43,178 nt of DNA from Gemmatimonadota bacterium (GTDB lineage: Bacteria; Latescibacterota; UBA2968; UBA8231), in contig JAYPJE010000036.1 of the NCBI GenBank assembly GCA_038128265.1, positions 1 to 43,178 on the forward strand. Reading direction: 5' to 3'. The notes beneath the pieces are model-generated. The model searched no databases. It was not told the DNA's origin and was given only the letters and a program-made list of their open reading frames with translations. The position numbers and the translations under genes were made by a program. Position 1 is the stretch's first letter, and each line of letters starts with the position of its first letter. Of the stretch, positions 1 to 9,032 are shown piece by piece.

Positions 1-600
1 GTGGCGCACTCTCTCGGCAAGGTCCGCATCGTCTTTCAATACCATACCCCACTCGCCGGCAGCCAGCACCTTGGTCGCATAAAAGGAGCAGATAGAGAGC
101 ACACCGCGGCTGCCCATGGGCCGATCTCCGCAGTGCCCCCCCAACGCCATCGCGCAATCCTCAATAAAGGGAATGCCCAGCGATTCAACGGCATCTAGGT
201 CGGCGGGCCGTCCAAACATGTGCGGCACGATCAGGGCGTCTGGAGGGTTCAGCCGGGCCAGCGCCGCCGCATCGAGATGGCCTGTTGCCCCATCGATATC
301 GCATACGAGGGGACGCGCACCAACCGCCCACGTGGCGTGCAGGAGCGCCGTGCACACGTAGCTGGGCATGGCCACTGATGCGCCCTTGCCCACGCCTAGA
401 GCCAATAGACCCAAATGCAAAGCGGCCGTCCCGGATGAGACGGCCACTGCATGGCTGCGGCCAACGTAGTCGGCCATTTCGCGTTCAAATAATTCGACCT
501 CGCGCCCCTGCGCAAGCATGCCGGAGCGCACGACGCGTGCAGCCGCCTCGGCTTCGGCTTCGCCCAACGAGGGACGCGAATGGGGTATCGACTCACTCAT
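1..600 (-). CDS. DegT/DnrJ/EryC1/StrS family PLP-dependent sugar aminotransferase, partial (runs off the window start)
   Basis: Not in the ORF track. Manual minus-strand translation from ATG at 600 gives MSESIPHSRPSLGEAE...VVRSGMLAQGREVELFE and later IEDCAMALGG...SFYATKVLAAGEWG (PLP-lysine motif). The ATG overlaps the stop of the upstream gene (ATGA). Confidence 0.85.
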   Translation of the reverse strand, partial: MSESIPHSRPSLGEAEAEAAARVVRSGMLAQGREVELFEREMADYVGRSHAVAVSSGTAALHLGLLALGVGKGASVAMPSYVCTALLHATWAVGARPLVCDIDGATGHLDAAALARLNPPDALIVPHMFGRPADLDAVESLGIPFIEDCAMALGGHCGDRPMGSRGVLSICSFYATKVLAAGEWGMVLKDDADLAERVRH

Positions 601-1745
601 GCATAGTGTCGGTATATCGCATCCACCACGTAGTCGACCTGGGCTTCGCTCATATCGGCGTACAGCGGCAGCGATAGCAACTCTTCACATATGCGTTCAC
701 AGTGAGGAAAATCGCCGCGTGCATACCCGAGATCGGCAAAGGCGGGCGTGAGGTGGAGCGGATGCGGATACTGCACGGCCGATTCGATGCCGGCGCTGCG
801 CAGACTCGCTGCAAGCGCTTCGCGGTCGGCCACGCATAGCGCATAGAGATGGTACACGTGGTGAGCGTACGGTGCCTCCTGCGGCGTGCCAACTTCGGCC
901 AGGCCAGCCAATGCCTCGTTGTAGCGTGCGGCCAGCAGGCGGCGATGGTTATTCCATCCCTCGAGATGGCGCAGCTTAACTTCGAGAATGGCCCCCTGGA
1001 TGCCGTCCATCCTGTGGTTGCCACCTACCTCCAGGTAATTGAATTTATCGCCGCGCGCCTGGCCGTGGTTGCGCAGCCTGCGCAGGCGTTCGGCCAGCAC
1101 GTCGTCGCTGGTGGTAAGACCACCCGCATCGCCGTAGGCACCCAGATTCTTGCCGGGATAAAAGCTGAAACACGCCACGCGCCCCAACCCACCGACGGGC
1201 ACGCCGTTGTAGCGCGCGCCGTGCGCCTGCGCCGCATCTTCGATAAGCACTAAATCGCGCGCCGCGGCCAGGTCGATCAGCGGCTGCATATCGACGGGCT
1301 GACCGTAGAGATGGACGGGAATCAGGGCACGCGTGCGCGCGCTGAGCGCCCCTTCGACGCACCGGGGATCAAGCGTGAAGTACTGCGGATCTACGTCCAC
1401 TAGCACGGGGCGCGCCCCCACCTGGTATATGGCTTCTAGCGTCGCGCCGAAGGTCAGCGGGGTCGTTATCACTTCGTCCCCCTCCCCCACGCCGCTGGCC
1501 TGCAGCGCTAGGCGCAGCGCATCGGTGCCGCTGCTCACGCCAATGCCGTGCGCGGCCTGACAATAAGAGGCAAATGCCGCTTCAAAACGCTCTACCTGCG
1601 GGCCAAGTATAAAACTGCATCCGTCGATTACTTCGGCAATGGCCGCCTCTATTTCTTCGCGTAGCTGGGCGTGCTGCTGGCCCAGGTCGTTCATCGGGAC
1701 CTGCATTTGTTCAACGCGCTGTAGGGGTATTGCCGTCATCGCCAA
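597..1745 (-). CDS. DegT/DnrJ/EryC1/StrS family sugar aminotransferase
   Basis: SSGTDAL, PVHLYGQ, IEDAAQAHGA and SFYPGKNLGAYGDAG motifs. Exact start uncertain. Confidence 0.93.
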   Translation of the reverse strand: MAMTAIPLQRVEQMQVPMNDLGQQHAQLREEIEAAIAEVIDGCSFILGPQVERFEAAFASYCQAAHGIGVSSGTDALRLALQASGVGEGDEVITTPLTFGATLEAIYQVGARPVLVDVDPQYFTLDPRCVEGALSARTRALIPVHLYGQPVDMQPLIDLAAARDLVLIEDAAQAHGARYNGVPVGGLGRVACFSFYPGKNLGAYGDAGGLTTSDDVLAERLRRLRNHGQARGDKFNYLEVGGNHRMDGIQGAILEVKLRHLEGWNNHRRLLAARYNEALAGLAEVGTPQEAPYAHHVYHLYALCVADREALAASLRSAGIESAVQYPHPLHLTPAFADLGYARGDFPHCERICEELLSLPLYADMSEAQVDYVVDAIYRHYA

Positions 1746-1755
1746 CTCACTTTCT

Positions 1756-2397
1756 CTAAAAGTCGATAAAGTAGCGCACGGGGATAAACCCTTCGGCGAA
1801 GGTCACGCGGCCCTGTATGCCGCGGAAATGGGCGGCCGAACGCGAAATATCGACGATATTCAGATCTTCTATGTTGGTCTTCTCTACCTGCGAAGCATGC
1901 GCTTCCAGCGCGCCGAGCTTCTGGCTTATTACCTCGCCGATATTGACGAAGACCGTGGGGTTGAAGTCCTGGGACGACAACCCCTCGAAATACAGCAAAT
2001 TGGAGACCGAACGCGCGGCCGGCACGACCGCACGAGCAATATTTCGATGATCCTGGTGTGTATCCTCGACCCAGTGGGTCAACACCGTGTCGGCGTTCAC
2101 GCGGCGAACGATGTCTTCAATTCGCATAATCGACTCGCGATTGCACTCAAACAGCGTATCGGGATAGTCGAGAAAAAACACCTCTTTCGCCCCAATCAGC
2201 CTACCCGCCTCTTCCTGCTCTGCCCGCCGCAGGGCCGGATCGCCTCCGGCGCTGCCGTCGGTCACGATGACAAGGTAGACGTGGTCGCCGCGCCGTGCAT
2301 GGCGAATAAGCGTGCCCGCACAGCCATATTCCAAATCGTCTGGATGGGCGCCGATCGCCAGGATATTCATCGGCCTCTCCCTATTATTATCGGTCAT
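1756..2397 (-). CDS. PIG-L/LmbE family deacetylase
   Basis: AHPDD metal-binding motif, RxxE, THxxxDxHxDH motif. Confidence 0.9.
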   Translation of the reverse strand: MTDNNRERPMNILAIGAHPDDLEYGCAGTLIRHARRGDHVYLVIVTDGSAGGDPALRRAEQEEAGRLIGAKEVFFLDYPDTLFECNRESIMRIEDIVRRVNADTVLTHWVEDTHQDHRNIARAVVPAARSVSNLLYFEGLSSQDFNPTVFVNIGEVISQKLGALEAHASQVEKTNIEDLNIVDISRSAAHFRGIQGRVTFAEGFIPVRYFIDF

Positions 2398-3080
2398 TTT
2401 TTCCCTTTCCCACGCACTATTTTCCCACTTTCTGGGCCGCAGTTAAACAGCAGGTCCAACGCGGATAAATGCGATGTGAATTCTCCGTGCAGTTGCTCGT
2501 ACGCCGGATGCTCGTAATCCTGAAAAAACACGTCAATGCCCGCCGCAGTAAAGCGGTCTAATTGCATGTATTTGCGCCCGTCGGCGCCGGCCAGATAGGC
2601 GTCGGCGCCCAGCTGGTGACACAGGTCGATCAGACGCTGCGTTGGATCGCTGCTCACCTGCATCTGCGAGGCGATCACCAGCGGTGTTTCAATGTGTAGA
2701 TGGCCCCGCAGCCACTCAACTGATGCAGCGTTGACTTCAGCCAGCAGCGGCTGATTGCCGGCGTAAAGCGCCTGCAGCGCCTCCCAGTAGGTAGACCAGT
2801 GGGGTGCCCTGCCGTAGTTGGCCTGCAGGGCCTGCAGGTGCTTGCGCCGCCAGGGATCGTCAGCGGGCACCTGCACCTCGTTGATCAGCGCTGGAAAGCG
2901 ATAGGAAACCGGCACCGTCAACCACTGCGGCCCATTGGGCGTTTTAATGCGGTTGCGGTTCTGAAATTCGTTTTTCTTGTACTGCACATCGTCCAGCAAC
3001 ACAAAGGCATCGACCTGTGCCATCTTATCAAAGTAGCCGAGCCAAGGCATAAACTGAGGCTGGTGAATGGCGACGATCAA
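2394..3080 (-). CDS. WbqC family protein (putative glycyltransferase)
   Basis: AIHQPQFMPWLGYFDK, LDDVQY, QNRNRIKT and LSALDLLFN signatures. TTG start at 3080 follows GGAGG and overlaps the upstream stop. Confidence 0.9.
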   Translation of the reverse strand: MIVAIHQPQFMPWLGYFDKMAQVDAFVLLDDVQYKKNEFQNRNRIKTPNGPQWLTVPVSYRFPALINEVQVPADDPWRRKHLQALQANYGRAPHWSTYWEALQALYAGNQPLLAEVNAASVEWLRGHLHIETPLVIASQMQVSSDPTQRLIDLCHQLGADAYLAGADGRKYMQLDRFTAAGIDVFFQDYEHPAYEQLHGEFTSHLSALDLLFNCGPESGKIVRGKGKK

Positions 3081-4507
3081 GGCTCCTCCCACTGAGCAAA
3101 AATTGGATTTGAAACCAGGCGCGAATCGGCGCTTTGCGCCATCAGGCGAAAGTAGGTTTTACCGAATTCCTCTCCCTCTACCTGCCAGACGTAGCGCATA
3201 TCAAGGGGCGTAGTGCCGCGCACTTCTTTGACGATTGTACCCGCTCGAATAAGCTGGAGGCGCACCTGCTGAGAGGACCCATTCGCGCTTATGAGACGCG
3301 CAGCTAAGCGGATGCGCCGCGCCCCCACCAACGTCTCACCAGACTCCGCCGAGGCATCTTCCCCCGCAGCGCGAAACAGCTCCAACTGCAGGCGCTGATC
3401 GCCGCCGCTGACTGCATACATACGCCCCATGCGCATAGCTTCAAATAGGCCTGCCCGGGTCGCTTGGCGGACGCCCAGCACCGTCAATACGGCACTCAGG
3501 TCTGCACCGCTGTCGTAGTCGACGCAGCCCAGTGCCCACATGGGGTGACGGCGCTCGCCGTTGAGATATTCAACCAGTGATTTGTCCCATGCACGCCCGG
3601 GGTCGGCGGCGCGCTCCCGGCCCGGATGCAGCGCGGCAAAGGCAGCCGCTCCGCGCGTTTTAACCAGCTCATCGCCCACTTCTGCAGGCGATACCAGCGC
3701 CGTTAGCATACCGGCAAACAGCGCGATCGTCCGCCCTGAAATAGACTCGTCAACGGGCAACCACAGGGCCACTCCTCCCCCCTCGTTTACGCGGTCTATA
3801 TAGTGCTGATAGGGCGCTGGTCCCATATCGCCTTTGTACGCGTCCCATAGGGGCACGCCAAACGGCGCATTTTCGACGAGAAAGAGCAGCGATGCCGCAC
3901 CGACGCTCAGGCGCAGGGCCAAGGGGTGCGCGCTGGCGACAAGCGCATAGGCCAACCCGAGCAACGGCCAGAGCAGCAGCCAGCTCGATAGGGACCAGGC
4001 CCAGATGCCAGACCCGCCGCTGACCGGCAGTGCGCTGTAGGCCTCGCCGTTGTTCAGCCCCACAGCGGCGAGGCGCTTGTTCCACTGATTTAGTGCCCAA
4101 GGCCCGTCGCCGCTCGACTCCCAGTAGTAGAACGGGCGCGACTCGACCCCATCCACTAACACCAGCTGCGGAAAGCGTTCCTGGGCGTGCGCAACGGCTT
4201 GTAAATACGGTTCCATTGAATCGGATGCGTCGAGGCTATGCTCCTCATGCGAACCGCTCAGCAGCGAGCGCAGAAACGGCGGGCCATAGTCGACGCGGCG
4301 CACATCGGGCTCGGTAAAGACGACGGCATCAACTCCTGCCACGAGCGCCTCTTGGGCTATGCGCTCAACGCCAGCTGTGCCGATGCCATCGCCAATCCGC
4401 ACCTGCACGGCAGCACTCAGCATGCGGTATTCTGCCGTCGCATCACTGGCTTCGCAAACCGCGGATAACAGCGCCAAACAGGCGACGAGCCGTCTTATGG
4501 TTGCCAT
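3077..4507 (-). CDS. Exported/membrane hypothetical protein with a degenerate PHP-like domain
   Basis: N-terminal signal-like segment, two central hydrophobic helices, and PHP-like spacing (GVDAVVFTE, LVDGVES, GRMYAV) without the His ligands. Overlaps both neighbours. Confidence 0.6.
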   Translation of the reverse strand: MATIRRLVACLALLSAVCEASDATAEYRMLSAAVQVRIGDGIGTAGVERIAQEALVAGVDAVVFTEPDVRRVDYGPPFLRSLLSGSHEEHSLDASDSMEPYLQAVAHAQERFPQLVLVDGVESRPFYYWESSGDGPWALNQWNKRLAAVGLNNGEAYSALPVSGGSGIWAWSLSSWLLLWPLLGLAYALVASAHPLALRLSVGAASLLFLVENAPFGVPLWDAYKGDMGPAPYQHYIDRVNEGGGVALWLPVDESISGRTIALFAGMLTALVSPAEVGDELVKTRGAAAFAALHPGRERAADPGRAWDKSLVEYLNGERRHPMWALGCVDYDSGADLSAVLTVLGVRQATRAGLFEAMRMGRMYAVSGGDQRLQLELFRAAGEDASAESGETLVGARRIRLAARLISANGSSQQVRLQLIRAGTIVKEVRGTTPLDMRYVWQVEGEEFGKTYFRLMAQSADSRLVSNPIFAQWEEP

Positions 4508-5679
4508 GCCTTTTCCCTCAAGACCTCTTCGTACAGCCTCTCAATAGATCGCACCATGGCCTCGGCGCTGTAGGCTACAGCGCGCCGCCGCGCCGCCGCC
4601 GCACAGCGCGTGCGCAGCTCGGCATCGGCGAGCAGGTTGCCCAGGGCGGCTGCCAGCTGCAGCGGTGACGAGGGATCGACCAGCATCCCCTCTTCGCCGT
4701 CGCGGATAATTTCAGGGATGCCACCTACGCGCGTAGCCACGCACGGCAGGCCGACAAACATGGCCTCTACCAGTGCCTTGCCCATGCCCTCATTAATCGA
4801 GGGTAGGGCAAATATATCCATTGCGGCCAGCGCGGCATATACATCGTCGCGCCAACCGGCCCAGACTAGGCGATCTCCCACCCCACAGCGCGTGGCCAAC
4901 TCTTCTAGCGCAGCCCGCTCTTCGCCATCGCCGACCAACAGCAACCAGCGGTCAGTACCCCCCTCTGTCAGCTCGGCAAACGCCACTATCAGGTCAGCCT
5001 GTCCCTTGATGGCCGTCAGACGACCCAGCGTGCCAATAACGGTGGCTTCGGCTGCTATACCCCACTCGGCGCGCAGCCGGTCGCGCTCCTGATGCCACGA
5101 AGATTGCTCGGGAAAGGCGATGCCGCTGTGCACGACGGCAAATTTATCTGGCCCCGCTACGCCATACTCGACGTGGTCGCGGGCCCCGCGTTCCGTAAGG
5201 GTGACAATCCGGCTACACAGCCGAGCGGCCAGGCGCTCCAGTAGGACAAAAAAACGACTTATAATTGGTCCGTAATAGCCGTAAAAGACGTGCCCGTGCG
5301 GCGTGTGAATAACGCAGGGAACGCGCCCGAACCAAGCGGCCAAGCGACCCAGCAGGCCCGCTTTTGAAGTATGGGTATGCACCACATCATAGCGCCCGTT
5401 GCGCACGATGCGCAGCAGCTGTAGGAGCGCGCGTAGGTCGCGCAGGGGACGAATCGCGCGGCATAAGTCGGGCACATCGATCCAGCGTATTTCGGCCTGC
5501 TGTGCACGCTGCTCGAGCGGACTAGGTGCACCCGGCCGCGGACCGGCCGCTACGTGCACTTCGTAGCGCTGCCGGTCGGCCATCGCCGCCGTCAGCAGCG
5601 TATTGTCCGTTGAGCCACCGCGCTCCAATCGCGTGATGACGTGCAAGACGCGCACGCGCCTCACGGACTCAGCGCCCAT
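4495..5679 (-). CDS. Glycosyltransferase family 4 (GT-B)
   Basis: VLHVITRL, HTHTSKAG, KG motif, EGMGKALVEAM (Ex7E). Confidence 0.92.
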   Translation of the reverse strand: MGAESVRRVRVLHVITRLERGGSTDNTLLTAAMADRQRYEVHVAAGPRPGAPSPLEQRAQQAEIRWIDVPDLCRAIRPLRDLRALLQLLRIVRNGRYDVVHTHTSKAGLLGRLAAWFGRVPCVIHTPHGHVFYGYYGPIISRFFVLLERLAARLCSRIVTLTERGARDHVEYGVAGPDKFAVVHSGIAFPEQSSWHQERDRLRAEWGIAAEATVIGTLGRLTAIKGQADLIVAFAELTEGGTDRWLLLVGDGEERAALEELATRCGVGDRLVWAGWRDDVYAALAAMDIFALPSINEGMGKALVEAMFVGLPCVATRVGGIPEIIRDGEEGMLVDPSSPLQLAAALGNLLADAELRTRCAAAARRRAVAYSAEAMVRSIERLYEEVLREKAWQP

Positions 5680-6812
5680 AGATTCTGCGCCTGCTGGCGT
5701 CGATCAAACTCGGCAAATACCCTGCGCCTTCCCCCCTCACCCAATCGCACGCGCAGCGCCTCATCGCACAGCAAAGATCGCAGAGCGGCGGCCGTATCGG
5801 CGGGATCCTCAGGGTCCACGAGCAGTCCGCTCTCACCGTCGACAACGGCATCCTCGACGCCTCCCGAACGCCCGCCAACCACCGGGGTACCGCAGGCGTT
5901 GGCTTCGAGGTAGACAATGCCAAAGCCCTCCACTTCGCCGACTTCGGCAATCTCGCGGCTAACCATGGCAAAAACGTCGGCCGCCCCGTAGCGATCGGCC
6001 AGTTCATCCTCGTCTACAAAACCGAGAAATTCGACGTGGTCGCGCAGGCCCAGCTCGATGACCATCGCCTGCAGCCGGTCGCGGTAAGGACCACTGCCGC
6101 CAATGGCATAGAGCACATCGGGAATGGACTGGACAATATCCACCAGCGCGCGCAGCACCGTATCTTGCCCCTTGCGCTCGACCAGGCGTCCAACGCTGAG
6201 AACGACGCGCCGCCCCTGCCAGCCAAAGCGCGCGCGCGCGCTGTCGCGCTCAACGGCTGCGGCAAAACGCGACACGTCGAGCGCCGGTTGCACTACGTGG
6301 AGTCGGCGCTCTTCCGCACCACAGCTGAGAGCGGCACGGCGCGAAAAGCCACTAATCGCCACCACCCGATCGGCTCCCTGCAAGATGGCGCGCAGTGCGC
6401 GCCCCCAGAAGGGACGCTCGTAAAACTCCAGCAGGTCGGCTCCGTAGACGTAGACCACATAGGGAATGCCCAATAGTGCGCGACAGCCTCGGCCGGCAAA
6501 GCCGGTGGAAAAAACCTGACCGCAGTGTATGGCGCGCACGCGGTGGCGGCGACAATAGGCCAGCGCCGCGCGCAGCAGCTGCAGCGCCTTGAACACTTTG
6601 CTGAGACGGCCCCCCTGCAGGCGCAGCGGCACGCGCTCGACGGGATAGGGCAGCTGGGAATCGACCGCTTCTGCACCGGAAACAACAGGCGCCATAACGA
6701 CAATCTGGTCTGCGGGCAGACAGGACCACACATCGTATAAATACCTCGACTGGCCCCCAGATATCGGAGGAAAATCATTGCTGACAAGCAGCACTTTACC
6801 CTCTCTATCCAC
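5661..6812 (-). CDS. Glycosyltransferase family 4 (PimB-like)
   Basis: NDFPPISGG, GRLVERKG, EGFGIVYLEANACG. Confidence 0.92.
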   Translation of the reverse strand: MDREGKVLLVSNDFPPISGGQSRYLYDVWSCLPADQIVVMAPVVSGAEAVDSQLPYPVERVPLRLQGGRLSKVFKALQLLRAALAYCRRHRVRAIHCGQVFSTGFAGRGCRALLGIPYVVYVYGADLLEFYERPFWGRALRAILQGADRVVAISGFSRRAALSCGAEERRLHVVQPALDVSRFAAAVERDSARARFGWQGRRVVLSVGRLVERKGQDTVLRALVDIVQSIPDVLYAIGGSGPYRDRLQAMVIELGLRDHVEFLGFVDEDELADRYGAADVFAMVSREIAEVGEVEGFGIVYLEANACGTPVVGGRSGGVEDAVVDGESGLLVDPEDPADTAAALRSLLCDEALRVRLGEGGRRRVFAEFDRRQQAQNLWALSP

Positions 6813-7926
6813 GCCCCTGCCCTACGCTCTCCAACAGCTGCATCTGCCGCTCGCAAAGCGCTTCCACCCTAAAGGCACGCGCCCGCTGTAGACCCTTTTG
6901 TCCCCAAACCCTCCGCTCGCTATCGTCGGCCAGCATTGCACCCATCAACCGCTGCCAACCGGCTCGATCATCCGGGTCAAATAGAACGCCTCCATCGCCG
7001 ACGACTTCGGGCAGCGACGTGCGATTGGAGCACAGCACGGCCGTGCCGCACGCCATCGCCTCGAGCGGCGGCAAACCAAACCCTTCGTAGAGCGAGGGAA
7101 ATACAAATAGAGCGGCCGCACCGTAGAGGGCCGGCATATCGCTTTCGTCAACCGGTCCGATAAAGCGAACCTGCTCGCCTACCCCGCATTGCATTGCACA
7201 TCTGCGGTGTTCGTCAACGGAGGGGTCTAGTCGCCCTCCGAGCACGAGCTGAAAGCGCGCGCGCAGCGGGGCGGGCAAATCGGCGTACACCTCTATGAGG
7301 CTGCGCACATTTTTGTGCGGCCTAAAATTGCCCAGATAGAATATAAACTCACCCGAAATGCCGTATTGGTCGCGCAGCGCAGACGGCAATGCATCGTCGC
7401 TCTGCGGACCATAGCGCTCCTCAATTCCAATCGGCAAGACCTCGATTTTTTCACGCGGCAGCTGCAGCAAGCGCACGATGTCCTCCGCAGAATGCTGTGA
7501 ATCGGCCAGCACGACATCGGCGCGCAGACCAACCCGCCGCGCCATCTGCCTGAAGAGCATCCGCGCCACAGGTCCCCTGCCATATTCGGGAAAAACCAGG
7601 TCCATCAGATCGTGTATCGTCACAACAAGCGGGCACCGAACGCGCATGGGCCCTTTGATATAGGGTGAGAGAAACACCTCTATGCCATCGGCATTGGCCA
7701 TCCCGGGCAACGTGACTTGGTCCCACCACTGCGTCCAACGCTCTAGGGCGATGCGCGTGCGCACGTTGGAACCCGGCCATTCGGCTTCGCTGTGCTGGTT
7801 GCCGTAGAGTATCACCTCGTGCTGGGGGCGCCCCCGCTCTGCGTAGGCGATGAAATTGCGAAGATAGCGCCCGATACCGGTTGCTTTGCCGCGCTCTAAC
7901 TCGCGAATATCAATGCCTATTCTCAC
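6805..7926 (-). CDS. Glycosyltransferase family 4 (MtfB-like)
   Basis: MRIGID, TGIGRY, VTIHDL, PSLYEGFGLPPLEAMACG. Confidence 0.92.
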   Translation of the reverse strand: MRIGIDIRELERGKATGIGRYLRNFIAYAERGRPQHEVILYGNQHSEAEWPGSNVRTRIALERWTQWWDQVTLPGMANADGIEVFLSPYIKGPMRVRCPLVVTIHDLMDLVFPEYGRGPVARMLFRQMARRVGLRADVVLADSQHSAEDIVRLLQLPREKIEVLPIGIEERYGPQSDDALPSALRDQYGISGEFIFYLGNFRPHKNVRSLIEVYADLPAPLRARFQLVLGGRLDPSVDEHRRCAMQCGVGEQVRFIGPVDESDMPALYGAAALFVFPSLYEGFGLPPLEAMACGTAVLCSNRTSLPEVVGDGGVLFDPDDRAGWQRLMGAMLADDSERRVWGQKGLQRARAFRVEALCERQMQLLESVGQGRG

Positions 7927-9032
7927 GCGGACGACCTCTCGCGGAGCGCACCGTAGAGCGCTTCTACGCGTTCGACGTGAGCCGCGATACTAAATTTTTG
8001 GCGCGCGCGTCGTTGGCCGGCCTCACCCATGGCCTGCGCTCGCACCGGGTCGGCGAGCAGGTCGACAACGGCCGTCGCAATACCAGTGCAGTCGCCCATT
8101 TCGACCAAATAACCCGTCTCGCCTTCGACTACGATATCGCCCACGCCGCCTCCTCGCGTGGCAACTACCGGTTTGGCAGCGGCCATCGCCTCGATGAGGA
8201 CCCGGCCAAAGGGTTCGTTCTCCGAGCACAGCACGACAACGTCGAGATCGGCGTAGAGCGCAGGCATTTCGCGACAGAAGCCGACAAAGTGGATTGATCG
8301 CTCCAAACCGACTTCCCGCACGCGGTTGCGCAGTTCCACCCCATACTCGCTCGGCCCTTCCGGCTCTTCGCCCACGAGAACGTAGCGAGCATCCGGATAC
8401 GTTTTAGCCACCAGCGCCATGGCCCTGATAAAGTCATCCTGGCGTTTCCACGGAATAAGCTGCGCGACCATGCCAACCGTTGGCCCCGCTCCCCACGCGC
8501 CTTTCCACGCGCCCGGGGCGGCGAGCGCATACGCATCGACGTCTACTCCGTTGTGCACCAAGTGCACCTTGTGGCGCAGATCGGCGGGAAAGCGCCGCTC
8601 CACTGCCGAAGAAATGGCAATAATGCCGTGTGCCCAACGCGCGAGCACGCGATCTATGCGTCGCTCGGCTTGCGCAATGCGGACGTGCCATACGACGGGC
8701 AATCCGGTCAGCCATCCCACCAGCGCGGCATAGCACATGCTGCGCGAACTATTGGCGTGCAGCAGGATGACTGGCCCCTGGCGCACCTGGCGCAGCAGGC
8801 CGATAACGGCGCGAAAAATGGAGGCCACATGCGCGACGCGCAGCGCGGGCATCGAACAGACAACGCCCTCCACGCCAGCCTGGTTAACGGCATCGCTCAT
8901 ACTGCCGCGCGCCCCGCACCAGCACACCGCTTCGTACTCTTGCAGGCCCTGCATCAGAGCGAGCAGGCTGATTTGTCCGCCACCGACAATATCGCCGTGG
9001 TGATCGAGATAGGCTACGCGCGCGCGCTTCAC
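7923..9032 (-). CDS. Glycosyltransferase family 4
   Basis: GGGQISL, VWHVR, PWKRQ, EPFGRVLIEAMA. Confidence 0.92.
   Translation of the reverse strand: MKRARVAYLDHHGDIVGGGQISLLALMQGLQEYEAVCWCGARGSMSDAVNQAGVEGVVCSMPALRVAHVASIFRAVIGLLRQVRQGPVILLHANSSRSMCYAALVGWLTGLPVVWHVRIAQAERRIDRVLARWAHGIIAISSAVERRFPADLRHKVHLVHNGVDVDAYALAAPGAWKGAWGAGPTVGMVAQLIPWKRQDDFIRAMALVAKTYPDARYVLVGEEPEGPSEYGVELRNRVREVGLERSIHFVGFCREMPALYADLDVVVLCSENEPFGRVLIEAMAAAKPVVATRGGGVGDIVVEGETGYLVEMGDCTGIATAVVDLLADPVRAQAMGEAGQRRARQKFSIAAHVERVEALYGALRERSSA

Noticed and set aside
396..596. 66-aa minus-strand ORF in the track
   Set aside because: Wrong frame; the real gene is the DegT aminotransferase starting at 600.
1639..2517. 292-aa + strand ORF
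   Set aside because: Antisense to the PIG-L deacetylase; no motifs.
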